A stretch of 64,000 bases of DNA from a virus. The translations under genes were made by a program, and so were the position numbers. Numbering within the stretch: position 1 is the first letter of the stretch; every line of letters begins with the position of its first letter. The notes beneath the pieces were generated by a model, which saw nothing but the letters and a program-made list of their open reading frames with translations, did not search any database and had not been told where the DNA came from. The stretch is from the IMG/VR virus record IMGVR_UViG_3300008952_000030, positions 1-64,000 of that record; one strand, given 5' to 3'. Positions 46,580 to 56,182 of the stretch are shown in pieces.

Positions 46580-47055
46580 AATCTCATTCCTTCTTCCACT
46601 ATGTACGCTTGTCTCTTGTTAACCAACCATTGTGATCCTTCATATATGATGTTATAAGCGGAGTCAGTGTCGGACACTATCAAAAATACTCCAGGCTCTT
46701 TAAGCTTCTTTACATCCGTCGGATTGTCCCCGTTAAGAAGGACGGTGGCGGAGGGGATGTATATTAAATTGCTCTTATGTCGGTTCTTCATTTTCCTCCC
46801 CCTCGCTTGCTGTATGAATCGCCGCAGCATAATCTGAAATTATCTTAGAGCAATCGTCTAAAAGCATGTCTGCTTTCAGTGCTTGACTTCTGGCGCTCTC
46901 TACCATCTCTAAAAACTTAGAAAAATTTCCACCTGCATCCAGGTTATTGACAGTATCAGATGCGTCTGCCAACTGACAGAGTGCCTTCTTTACTAAGTCA
47001 TCAACCTCTTGAGGTATGTCCTCTATCTCCACAGTATATTGTATTCTCACCTTCA

Positions 47056-47379
47056 TCACTGATCCTTATATTGCCTTAGACATTCATTTCTTAATTTGAA
47101 AAACCTTTCGTTTAGAGGCGTAAGAGACAAAGACACCACCATGTCTTCCGCCATGTTCCAAGCAGCTGTTTCGCTTGTATCAGGATACAAAACGACATGC
47201 GATGCTTCATGCAATAGCGTATGATATTGCTCCTCTTCAGGAGAGGATGAGTTAATCTCTACTATACCAGCGTCGCTAAAAAAGGCGTTATCGCCCACTC
47301 TGTCGTAGTATATCTCTACATCGTACTCGTTATAGAGAAAGCTCTCCAAGATTCTAATACTCTGTTGAATCGTTTTCAT
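47056..47379 (-). CDS. Small HExxH protein
   Basis: TLLHEASH...ETAAW; promoter TTGACT-17-TATACT at 47386-47414. Confidence 0.65.
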   Translation of the reverse strand: MKTIQQSIRILESFLYNEYDVEIYYDRVGDNAFFSDAGIVEINSSSPEEEQYHTLLHEASHVVLYPDTSETAAWNMAEDMVVSLSLTPLNERFFKLRNECLRQYKDQ

Positions 47380-47419
47380 ATTAAAAGTATACCACCAGGG
47401 CTTAAAAAAGTCAAGTATT

Positions 47420-47695
47420 TTATCCAAATTTGGATAGTATAACAGCACCGATAGTGCCGGCGAAGCTTGTAAACATTATCCACATCATTCTTGCAGAAGT
47501 AGACTTCCAAGCCTCTAGTTCTCTCAAACGGGCATACAACCCTTCGTCTGGATGGTACACCGCGTTCTTAATTTCCGCTATGTCTACATGCATTTCGTTC
47601 TGCTTCTCACGTGAGGCGCCTATATCATTCACCAACTGATTCAGCTTTAGATCTAGTCGGGCTTCAAATTCTTTGCTGCAATTCTCTATTGACAT
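47420..47695 (-). CDS. Coiled-coil protein with C-terminal TM helix
   Basis: HPDEGLYARL then a TM segment; ACTAATTA box upstream. Confidence 0.6.
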   Translation of the reverse strand: MSIENCSKEFEARLDLKLNQLVNDIGASREKQNEMHVDIAEIKNAVYHPDEGLYARLRELEAWKSTSARMMWIMFTSFAGTIGAVILSKFG

Positions 47696-47729
47696 GGAAT
47701 ATCCTCCTACCAGGAATGAGACAGAATAA

Positions 47730-49307
47730 TTAGTCTCCCATTTCTATAATAGCGTGGTTAGTTGTCAAAAGAGTGCCTGCTACTGACGCTGCATTGCGCA
47801 GAGCGCTCCTTGTCACCTTAACAGGATCGATGATTCCTACTTCAAACATGTCAACCAATTCGCCGGTTGCAAAGTTGATGCCCGTTCCGGCTGAAGCCTC
47901 TGTGATTGCGCTTAGTGTCTCTTCTACATCCATCCCACAGTTAGTAGCCATTTGGCGGATGGGCTCCTCCAGAGCGCGGCGTATAATAGAAACGCCCGCT
48001 TCTTGATGCTCATTGTCGGTATTTACTTTAAGCTCTGTCGAAGTTCTCAACAAGGCAGTGCCTCCACCTGAAATAACTCCCTCAAGCTGAGCTGAGCGCA
48101 CTGCCTCTAGAGCATCCTCAATACGGTGCTTCTTTTCTATCATTTCAATCTCGGTTGCTGCTCCAACACGAATAACTGCGACGCCGGAAGCCAAACGAGT
48201 AACTCTATCCTGCACTCTCTCCGCTTGATGCAGAGAGTCAGTTTGCTCAACCTCCGCCTTAAGGGCGTCGATTCTATTCTCAACCTCGTCCAAGTCTCCT
48301 GCTCCGCCGACAACGGTTGTCAGCCCCTTCTCAATCTCGATTGTCTTCGAAGAGCCGAAGTCAGTCAACTTAGCCTCCTTAAGCTTGTCTCCGGCTGAGC
48401 GTCGAAAATACTTAGCACCAACTGATATCGCCAAGTCACTCATGATACCTCTTCTTTCTTCTCCGTATCTAGGTGCCTTAACTGCCGCCACCTTCATCGT
48501 CCCTCTCATGGAGTTCATAATCAATGCCGCAAGAGCTTGCCCCTCAATGTCATCGGCTACAATAACAAACGGACGACTCTCGCGGGCAGCAATCTCTAGC
48601 GCTGGTAAAATCTGATCAACAGTTTCAATCTTTTCATCAGTAACTAAGAAAACAGGATCCTCATAGCGCACAACTCCACGCCTGTCATCGGTGATAAAAG
48701 CTGTAGCTGCATAGCCAGAGTCAAACCTGAAGCCCTCCATCAAGTCAAGACTTGTATCTACCGAGCGCGCTTCCTCAATAGTGATGGAGCCGTCCTTCCC
48801 AACCTTGTCGACAGCCAAAGCAACCAAGTTTCCAATGTCTTCGTCTCCATTAGCAGAAATAGTAGCAATGTGAGCAACGTCATCAGCGCTCTGAATCGGG
48901 CGCGCAGCATTAAGAAGCAACTTATTTACTTCCACAACTGCTTTGTCGATGCCTCTCTTTACTTCGATGGGAGCTGAAGAGTCTGCGTTCATCCTGTCGG
49001 AGGCTGCGTTGAAGATGGCGCGAGCTAACACTGTAGAGGTGGTTGTACCATCCCCAGCGTCGACATTAGTCTTTGCTGCTGCCTGCTTAACAACCTGTGC
49101 ACCAGCATTCATGAACTCATCTTCAAATTCAATGAACTTGGCTACAGTGACTCCATCCTTGGTGATGATGGGGCGCTTACCCTTTTCATGAATAATTACA
49201 TTTCTACCCCTAGGGCCCAATGTTGAAGCAACGTTGTCGGCTAAGACATTAACTCCATCAAGTATTTTTTGTCGGAGGCAAGCTCCAGATGCGAATTTTT
49301 TAGACAT
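47730..49307 (-). CDS. groEL: Chaperonin GroEL
   Basis: TLGPRGRNV, ITKDGVTVA, AGDGTTTS, GIIDPVKV. Confidence 0.99.
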   Translation of the reverse strand: MSKKFASGACLRQKILDGVNVLADNVASTLGPRGRNVIIHEKGKRPIITKDGVTVAKFIEFEDEFMNAGAQVVKQAAAKTNVDAGDGTTTSTVLARAIFNAASDRMNADSSAPIEVKRGIDKAVVEVNKLLLNAARPIQSADDVAHIATISANGDEDIGNLVALAVDKVGKDGSITIEEARSVDTSLDLMEGFRFDSGYAATAFITDDRRGVVRYEDPVFLVTDEKIETVDQILPALEIAARESRPFVIVADDIEGQALAALIMNSMRGTMKVAAVKAPRYGEERRGIMSDLAISVGAKYFRRSAGDKLKEAKLTDFGSSKTIEIEKGLTTVVGGAGDLDEVENRIDALKAEVEQTDSLHQAERVQDRVTRLASGVAVIRVGAATEIEMIEKKHRIEDALEAVRSAQLEGVISGGGTALLRTSTELKVNTDNEHQEAGVSIIRRALEEPIRQMATNCGMDVEETLSAITEASAGTGINFATGELVDMFEVGIIDPVKVTRSALRNAASVAGTLLTTNHAIIEMGD

Positions 49308-49382
49308 GTTTTCCTCTCGTTAGTTGTTTAAAACGATATATTATATTATAAACACATTTTAGTGTATTGTAAAGGGGATTCG

Positions 49383-50405
49383 TTATTTATTTTGAACTTT
49401 TTCTGCAGACTTCTTTGTCTTTTCTGCTTTCTTTGCTGTTTTGCCGGCAAGCTTCTTAGTCTTTTTCGGTTCTGTCGTAACATACAATAGATCAGTCACC
49501 TGCGAGTTTAAATCACTCAAAGTTGTCAGTAAATTTTCAAACTTCGCGTTTAGGGCATCAAGTATTGCTTGGGTTTTCCTCTCTATTCCTGAAAACCTAA
49601 GAGTTGTAAGCTTCCTTACTTCCCTTTCTGTTTTCAACTTTTTAAGGGAGACACTGAACTGTGTCTTATAAACTGGTAGCAAGCCCCAATAGTTGGGGGA
49701 CGCTTCATCATTATCGATATCGAATTCGTAAAACTCGATTGCGTCTCCAAGCTTGTCGGCAACAATGTACCGTATGCCCGAAGGGTATGTTTGAAGGGCT
49801 AATTGCAGCTTGTCTAAAGAGCCCTTTATGTTTGTCCTCCTGCTCTTTATCAACTTTAAAGAAACCGGAGTGCCGGGGAAAGCGACGTCTACCACACCAT
49901 TCTCTCTATCATCCGTTGGAATTCTCACGCCTCCGAACACCATTGCCATGAGAGACTCGAACAAGAAGCCGGATATAGACTCGTCTGGAGCTACCGAAAG
50001 ATTATAAAATATCCTTAACAACTGAATTCTAGATATTGCTGCAGCGTGATCTGATACATCCACTCTCCTTTCAGAGAGTATGCTGTTAATTCCTGTTATG
50101 AAGCCTTCTAGGTTCGTTATGTCTCGCGGAAGGCGGGCGCCCTCTATGGCTTTCACCAGCTTTTCGCGCTCAGCGTCGTAGTTGCCTTCGTTAACAGACA
50201 TCCAACTAGGATCAATACGAAAGTCAGGTATTAGTAGGCAAACCTCGTTTTGTGAATCGGAGGCGGGGGTATCCTCAGAGGACTCAGACACCGCAGGAGC
50301 AGCAGTTAGGGTCCGTTCGACAAGCTCCAGCAGGCTTTCCATATCAAAAGCCTGCTTTTGCTTTTTTGCTTTATTAATTATCTCATCCACTCTAGACATG
50401 TGCAC
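49383..50405 (-). CDS. Hypothetical protein, possible PD-(D/E)xK-like fold
   Basis: GFLFE...VVDV...VSLKL spacing; ACTAATTA box at 50417-50424. Confidence 0.5.
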   Translation of the reverse strand: MHMSRVDEIINKAKKQKQAFDMESLLELVERTLTAAPAVSESSEDTPASDSQNEVCLLIPDFRIDPSWMSVNEGNYDAEREKLVKAIEGARLPRDITNLEGFITGINSILSERRVDVSDHAAAISRIQLLRIFYNLSVAPDESISGFLFESLMAMVFGGVRIPTDDRENGVVDVAFPGTPVSLKLIKSRRTNIKGSLDKLQLALQTYPSGIRYIVADKLGDAIEFYEFDIDNDEASPNYWGLLPVYKTQFSVSLKKLKTEREVRKLTTLRFSGIERKTQAILDALNAKFENLLTTLSDLNSQVTDLLYVTTEPKKTKKLAGKTAKKAEKTKKSAEKVQNK

Positions 50406-50429
50406 ACCTCAATACATAATTAGTTCCAT

Positions 50430-51128
50430 TTAAACAATAATGTCAGCAATTCCCAGCTCGACAGCTTGCTCTGCAGACAAATAAACATCAATGTGTTTTT
50501 TGAGGTACTTCTTAATTTCTCTCTCTGTCATATTTGATTCGGCAGCAAGACACTCAACGTATCTCTCTTGGATCCACCTAACTTCTTCAATTTCATTTTC
50601 CATGTTTGTGAGATTGCCATGGTATCCACCATTGACACTATGTATCATAACTCTGCAATTTGCACCTATCTTTCTTTTCCCCTTCGTCCCTGCAGCTAGC
50701 AGCACAACACCGGCAGACATTACCTTCCCCATTCCAATCGTGCTGATATCACAAGATTGTTTCACCATTCCCATAGTGTCATAGATGGCGAACATTTCCG
50801 CCGCGACGCCACCATGAGATGAAATAAGAAATTCAATAGGTTTGCACTCTTGCTCTTCACCGTCGGCATGAAGGCGTCGGGACAATTCCTTAAGGAACAT
50901 AAACGACTGCACAATGTCAGAAGCATTATCCTCAGTCAAATCTCCATACAAAGAGATGCTCCTAATCAAGCTCGAGCCATCGCTTTGCGGCTGCTCAATA
51001 TTGTTGATAATGATAAATCTCTCTTCGGCGTCAAGAAGTCCCTCGTTCGGATTTTCGAGGATAACTTCCTGCTCTTCTACCAGCTCTTCCTCTACTTTCT
51101 TCTTACCCTTGTTTTTTTCTTTTGGCAT
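50430..51128 (-). CDS. clpP: ClpP protease subunit
   Basis: ISSHGG, GKVMSAG, VMIHS, DVYLSAEQAVELGIAD. Confidence 0.95.
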   Translation of the reverse strand: MPKEKNKGKKKVEEELVEEQEVILENPNEGLLDAEERFIIINNIEQPQSDGSSLIRSISLYGDLTEDNASDIVQSFMFLKELSRRLHADGEEQECKPIEFLISSHGGVAAEMFAIYDTMGMVKQSCDISTIGMGKVMSAGVVLLAAGTKGKRKIGANCRVMIHSVNGGYHGNLTNMENEIEEVRWIQERYVECLAAESNMTEREIKKYLKKHIDVYLSAEQAVELGIADIIV

Positions 51129-51399
51129 TGATAATCCTTTCCTTGCCAGTTTTTGATATTTCTGATAAACTAAATGATAATCCGTTCGCGAATTCCTTCA
51201 GAGATTCCTTGTCCTTGAAGTCCCTCTGCAAAAGCACGATTTTTTTATTGTGTGTAGGATCATAGCCACTACCTGATTCCTTGCCACCGACTTCTTTGAT
51301 TGCTCGCTTGAGGAGCCTCTGACTATCGGAAACCAACTGGAACACATAAGTGTCGCTTTCTTTGCTAACCTTCCACGTGACTGCTTTAATTTCTGGCAT
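51103..51399 (-). CDS. Hypothetical protein
   Basis: GGAGG SD before MPEIKA. Confidence 0.55.
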   Translation of the reverse strand: MPEIKAVTWKVSKESDTYVFQLVSDSQRLLKRAIKEVGGKESGSGYDPTHNKKIVLLQRDFKDKESLKEFANGLSFSLSEISKTGKERIINAKRKKQG

Positions 51400-51412
51400 C
51401 TTCTGTCCTCCT

Positions 51413-51793
51413 TTATTTTCTTTTCCTATCTCTCTTTCTTCCATACTGTACCGCTTCGTCCCACGTCGTATAATTTACATACCTATAGAACGTCTCCGGT
51501 AGAGAGACTATCACATTTGCAATGACTGCGTCTCTCCACTTAACAATTATCTCTGAGTCGAGTAATTTACGCTTTTTTATTTCTTCTGGCGATACTCCTG
51601 ACTCTTCCAAATATTTGTATTTTTTCTCTAGCGCTACTCGCATGTCGGTGTCCAGTGCCATCAGCATGTCTAGCATTCCGTCCTCTAGTTTCCTGTAGGC
51701 GCTGGAAGCATAGCCCAGGTTTAAACAATAAGATATAAATTTGTGCGATAAAACGCCCGCAAAAAAAAGCCCAGCTGCAATCCATAAATCCAT
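51413..51793 (-). CDS. Membrane-anchored hypothetical protein
   Basis: N-terminal TM; promoter TTGACA-16-TATAAT at 51800-51827. Confidence 0.6.
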   Translation of the reverse strand: MDLWIAAGLFFAGVLSHKFISYCLNLGYASSAYRKLEDGMLDMLMALDTDMRVALEKKYKYLEESGVSPEEIKKRKLLDSEIIVKWRDAVIANVIVSLPETFYRYVNYTTWDEAVQYGRKRDRKRK

Positions 51794-51827
51794 AACTAAA
51801 TTATACCAGTTTTAAAACATTTGTCAA

Positions 51828-51870
51828 TAAAAAAACCCCCTTTTCTGTTTTTAAAGAAAAGAGGGGTTTG
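51828..51870 (-). terminator. Intrinsic terminator
   Basis: AAACCCCTCTTTTCT...AGAAAAGGGGGTTTTTTT. Confidence 0.7.
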
Positions 51871-51889
51871 TAAGAAGCTGCCACAAGTA

Positions 51890-52495
51890 CTACTTTTTTG
51901 AAGTATTTATACTCTCTCGTAGTATTCTTTTGGTAACACGCTTCAAAATCTCATTCACCATGTTGTCGAAATCTTCGTTAGTCACAACGTCGAGATCCTC
52001 TAGAAGCTCATCGTCGTCGGCAAGCTCGTCACCGGGCATTTCTGCCTCTGGTGGGACTTCGCCCATCTCCATCTCAGCTTCGAGTGGCTCATCCTCCGCT
52101 CCAAGCTCCTCCTCTCCAGCACCGGCAGCGCGGAGTCTATCCCCTAGAGCTACGAGGATTTCTGCTTCCTCTTCGCTAAGAGACATCTCGCCCTCTTCCT
52201 CTGGTGCGTCAAGAGCAGGCTCATCATCAAGAGCAGGCTCATCATCAAGAGCAGGCTCATCATCAAGAGCAGGTTCACCGTCAAGCTCATCTTCTCCGGC
52301 TGGTTCCAACTCCTCCTCGTCTCGGGCGTACGCAGGTGCGCCCATCTCGTTGATCTCTTCCTCTTCAGTGACTGTCTCGTCGATATCGGTGTCTTCTTCT
52401 GACTCCTTTATAAACTTGCTACCACCAATGGTATCGAGGGAAGCCAACTTCATAAATCTACGAATAGTTGCCTCCGAGAGTAGTTTCTTGCTCAT
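51890..52495 (-). CDS. Highly acidic protein with DDEPAL repeats (scaffold/head-internal-like)
   Basis: MSKKLLSEATIRRFMKLA; 18-bp tandem repeats at about 52209-52275; ACTATTTA at 52558-52565. Confidence 0.7.
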   Translation of the reverse strand: MSKKLLSEATIRRFMKLASLDTIGGSKFIKESEEDTDIDETVTEEEEINEMGAPAYARDEEELEPAGEDELDGEPALDDEPALDDEPALDDEPALDAPEEEGEMSLSEEEAEILVALGDRLRAAGAGEEELGAEDEPLEAEMEMGEVPPEAEMPGDELADDDELLEDLDVVTNEDFDNMVNEILKRVTKRILRESINTSKK

Positions 52496-52582
52496 AATGA
52501 CTTTCTCCTTTGTTTAGTTCTTTTTAATTGCAATTAAAGAAACAAATTTTCTTACAGTAAATAGTTTTCACATTGACAAAAG

Positions 52583-52831
52583 TCAGGTTTTTTTAATACA
52601 CAATTCTCTTCCTCTCTTTCGCACCTTTTCTAACGCCTGTTGTTCTATTTGCCTGATTCTCACAAAACTAACTCCCAGTCTTTCCCCTACTTGCTCTAGT
52701 GTCATTTCGCCGTGCTTATAGACAGCTATTAAAGAACAATTAAAATCCTCTTCGAAGTCCATCCACATCCTGCACTCAGTCTGATCACACGCATAATTTC
52801 TTTCCATACACTCTCGAGAACATTGCTTCAT
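52583..52831 (-). CDS. Standalone sigma70 region-4 HTH protein with N-terminal Cys cluster
   Basis: MTLEQVGERLGVSFVRIRQIEQQALEKVR. Confidence 0.85.
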   Translation of the reverse strand: MKQCSRECMERNYACDQTECRMWMDFEEDFNCSLIAVYKHGEMTLEQVGERLGVSFVRIRQIEQQALEKVRKRGRELCIKKT

Positions 52832-53169
52832 TTAATTAACTCCTTCGCTATCATGTCAAACAACTCATCCTTTTCTTCGCTTGAGAGGGAGTAGTCTTCA
52901 AGAAGCTCCCTCCCTTTGTCTAATAACTTTTTTGTCTTCATAATTCTTCTCTTGCCTTGTTTCGCCAATTCAAATTTAATAGAAGTTATATACTCTAGTA
53001 TTCTTTCATCGTTGTTCAGATAGCCAGACACCATGCTCTGAAAGAACTCTGTCTGCGTCAACCCATCGTGACGGAGGCGTATTCTCAAATCAGCATGTCT
53101 CTTGTCATCGTCGATAAAAACTATCGTCTTACCCTCTTTGCCATATTTATATGCTTTCTTATCTGACAT
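52828..53169 (-). CDS. Hypothetical protein, possibly ribbon-helix-helix
   Basis: KTIVF...RHADLRIRL...GLTQTEFF. Confidence 0.5.
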   Translation of the reverse strand: MSDKKAYKYGKEGKTIVFIDDDKRHADLRIRLRHDGLTQTEFFQSMVSGYLNNDERILEYITSIKFELAKQGKRRIMKTKKLLDKGRELLEDYSLSSEEKDELFDMIAKELIK

Positions 53170-54223
53170 TAAGAATATGAGTTCCGCTTTCTCTTTGAGA
53201 GCCCGATGTCTGCAATACAAACCTTCCGTTGTCTCTCAGCTCTTGTGCGTTACGGGCGCCACTATATGAAAAGCCGCTTCGAATATTCTGATGAATATCC
53301 TCGAGAATCGGCTTCACACTGCCTTTGTACGGTATAGTGGTAGCTACCCCCTCAAGCGAGCTAGCAGTGCCTCTCCAAGCCTCCTGAGCCTCTCTAGACG
53401 CCATTCCTCTGTACGCTTTATATGACTTGCCTGCTCCGTTGGTGAACACAGTCCCTGGTGCTTCGGCTGTGCCTGCCAGCATCGAACCCAATATAACAAA
53501 ATCTGCGCCAGCGGCTATAGCCTTCACAATATCTCCAGAGGATCGAATTCCCCCATCTGCGATGATGGGCTTTGGATCAAAGTTATACCTTTCGGATGAA
53601 TGAAACGGAGAAATTGCAGCAGTACGTGCCATGTTGCATGCCATGATTGACTGAAATGTACTTAGTCCGTGCCCAGTCTGTATTCTCGTAGAACAGATGC
53701 TACCTCCTCCAATACCGACGCGGACGGCGTCAGCACCCCAACGGCACAAATCAGCATACCCATCGTCTGTCGCAATATTACCTGCGATGATAGTTACCGT
53801 GTCGCCGAAAGCATCCTTAAGAGTTTTTAGGGCTCTCTCTACGTTCGTATGGTGCCCATGAGCAACATCGATGCATATAATATTTGCACCTGCACTGATA
53901 AGTTCTCTCGCTCTGATTTCGAAATCAACAGTGACACCAACCGCTGCGGCGATGCTCGTTGCCCCAAACTGCCTGGCAGCCTTCACAATCTTAGCTTGCT
54001 CCGCAACATAATTATATCTATGCAAAATACCGAAGCCTCCTGCAGTTGCAAGAGCCGACATCATATCCAGCTCAGTCACGGTGTCCATCGGACTTGAAAT
54101 AACTGGTAAACTAAAACTTGTACCGTTCAACTCCGCACTTGTATCTATCTCTTTTCTACTCTCGATGTCACTCTTTTGAGGCACCAAGAGAACGTCGTCG
54201 AACGACAAAGTCTCACTAAACAT
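53159..54223 (-). CDS. guaB: IMP dehydrogenase (CBS-less) / GMP reductase family
   Basis: [45 protein letters not shown]. Confidence 0.9.
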   Translation of the reverse strand: MFSETLSFDDVLLVPQKSDIESRKEIDTSAELNGTSFSLPVISSPMDTVTELDMMSALATAGGFGILHRYNYVAEQAKIVKAARQFGATSIAAAVGVTVDFEIRARELISAGANIICIDVAHGHHTNVERALKTLKDAFGDTVTIIAGNIATDDGYADLCRWGADAVRVGIGGGSICSTRIQTGHGLSTFQSIMACNMARTAAISPFHSSERYNFDPKPIIADGGIRSSGDIVKAIAAGADFVILGSMLAGTAEAPGTVFTNGAGKSYKAYRGMASREAQEAWRGTASSLEGVATTIPYKGSVKPILEDIHQNIRSGFSYSGARNAQELRDNGRFVLQTSGSQRESGTHILNVR

Positions 54224-54491
54224 CTTTGTTCTTCAAATCCTTTTCTATGTCTTTAACCATCTCTACCGCGCCGTCCCAGCAGGGAGGACAATAAAGATTA
54301 ACTTTCTTTTGCTTCTTTCGAACTACTATCCGCCAGGTTGATAGTTGATCCGGGTTCGTCCTATCGAACGGTGACAGACAAGCATTACATTCTTCTGGTA
54401 TCTTGTCTACCATCATGTCTATGCCGTCTTCAAACGCCTTTTGCTCTTCGCGCTTTTGCTTTCGTTTAAATTTCCTCTCGAACGAGCCCAT
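54216..54491 (-). CDS. Small zinc-finger-like protein
   Basis: CNAC...YCPPCW. Confidence 0.65.
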   Translation of the reverse strand: MGSFERKFKRKQKREEQKAFEDGIDMMVDKIPEECNACLSPFDRTNPDQLSTWRIVVRKKQKKVNLYCPPCWDGAVEMVKDIEKDLKNKDV

Positions 54492-54940
54492 CAGAAATCA
54501 CCCGTCGAACCAAGAGCGCCTGAGCCTCTTGTTGTCGTTGCGCCGTAAACATCATCATTCTGAATCTCTTCGAACTCTGGGGTTACGACTGGCACTAGCA
54601 CTGCTTGTGCCACCTTCTCGCCTGGTAGAATGGTTTGTGGTGCTCCTCCAATGTTGTGAAGGTTCACAAACACTTCCCCATCGTATCCGCTGTCGACAAC
54701 ACATGCTCCCACTACCAGCGAGCGCTTAAATGCCACCCCTGATTTGTTCTTAATCTCCAGCATGTATCCCTCTGGTACCCCAACCTTTAATCCAGTCGAA
54801 ATAAGCCTACTCTCATTCTGTTCGATTGTGAGCGGCTCCTCTACTTCTGGACAGTAAAACACGTCTGCCCCTGCGTCTGTCGTGTGCGCTCTCGCTGGGA
54901 GCTTTGCATTCTCTCTAACTTTGTAAACTTTAAGTTTCAT
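54491..54940 (-). CDS. dut: dUTPase
   Basis: DAGAD, KSG, VDSGYDGE, AQ, RGSGALGSTG. Confidence 0.97.
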   Translation of the reverse strand: MKLKVYKVRENAKLPARAHTTDAGADVFYCPEVEEPLTIEQNESRLISTGLKVGVPEGYMLEIKNKSGVAFKRSLVVGACVVDSGYDGEVFVNLHNIGGAPQTILPGEKVAQAVLVPVVTPEFEEIQNDDVYGATTTRGSGALGSTGDF

Positions 54941-56132
54941 TTAAAATCCTCTCCCTGTCTGAAATTTCTCTTACTGTATATGGAGTTCCAATCTCCTCCT
55001 TGATACCTTCAGCTAAGCATTGCCCCACGAATAAGAGATTGTATTTTACTGGCTTTGATTTATCCACGTTTCGGTAATCCATGATGTAGATTAATTTGTC
55101 AGCGAGTTTTTTCCTCATATCGAAAAGCTTCTTAAGAGTTCCAGCGTCTTTAATGGCTATTAATACATCGTATTCGTCTGCGTCAAAGTGGTATTTATTA
55201 TAATGATCTGCCAGATCCTTATCGATCTCGGTGAGGGGCTGCCGATAGGCGGATTCGTACTTGATGTTAATCCACTTAACTAGGTGGTGAGCCCCTAGAG
55301 ACTTTTTATGATTTTCTGCAATCTCTTTGAGTGCCTCTTCTTCGTATGTGTGAATCTTCGTTTTCACATGCACAACATTCAAATCACTCAACGCTCTAGT
55401 GATGTTCTGTTTTGCTCGTTTTTCATTCCACCTACCTCCAGTCCAGGCTTGAAGGCTGGGGAGTGCCTGTTCCGTGAGGAGTGCCTTAAGCCTCCTTTCC
55501 TCCGACTTTAACCTCGAGCGATCTGCAGCTGGCGTTGCCGGATTATCTAATTTAACCCCAATAGCTATTAGCTTTTTCGCAACGGGGTGATTCCGGATGT
55601 AAGTTTTCAAGTTATCTTTTATGTCGTCATCACTGCTCGGCATTCCATTTTCAGGATGTGCGTTGTCCTTCATCATGCGGCTTGTTTGCTCATGCTTAGG
55701 CAGACTACGGTACTCCGTGTCCAATTCAGCCACAATATATTTACACTCTGCAGCGATCGCAGCTTTCCACCTATGGTGGCCACATATTCCAACAAAAGAA
55801 GTCTTGTGTATTTCTGGGCTAATTACGACAATTGGCTTCCTGATTCCATACAACCTTTTTCCTTTGGTAGATACCCCATTTTTCGCTTGTTCAGCGTACC
55901 GAGTTACCGTGTCATGATTGAGGTTTTGGCCACGAGGCTGTGCTGTCATGTTCGTATAGTCAAACTCTACATCACCAATCGGCAAAGCCAGCAAGTTTTT
56001 ATTGTCTTCAAATTCATCGGGGGTAAAGCTTGTGTGCTCTTCGCATGCCGCCTCAATAAATTCTGGTGTGCGGTATTTGTCGTAATATTCACCTAATTGT
56101 TCAAAGGCTTTTATGTTTTGTGTTTTACTCAT
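54930..56132 (-). CDS. ParB/Srx-like N-terminal domain protein
   Basis: QPR...PIVV...CGHHRWKAA; start moved to MSKTQ. Confidence 0.6.
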   Translation of the reverse strand: MSKTQNIKAFEQLGEYYDKYRTPEFIEAACEEHTSFTPDEFEDNKNLLALPIGDVEFDYTNMTAQPRGQNLNHDTVTRYAEQAKNGVSTKGKRLYGIRKPIVVISPEIHKTSFVGICGHHRWKAAIAAECKYIVAELDTEYRSLPKHEQTSRMMKDNAHPENGMPSSDDDIKDNLKTYIRNHPVAKKLIAIGVKLDNPATPAADRSRLKSEERRLKALLTEQALPSLQAWTGGRWNEKRAKQNITRALSDLNVVHVKTKIHTYEEEALKEIAENHKKSLGAHHLVKWINIKYESAYRQPLTEIDKDLADHYNKYHFDADEYDVLIAIKDAGTLKKLFDMRKKLADKLIYIMDYRNVDKSKPVKYNLLFVGQCLAEGIKEEIGTPYTVREISDRERILNET

Positions 56133-56182
56133 TGTTTTTCTCTTTTCAAATATTTGTTTAGTTTTTCTGTTTTGTGTTTTAT

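Noticed and set aside
52209-52275. 18-bp tandem repeat
   Set aside because: Explained as a coding DDEPAL low-complexity repeat.
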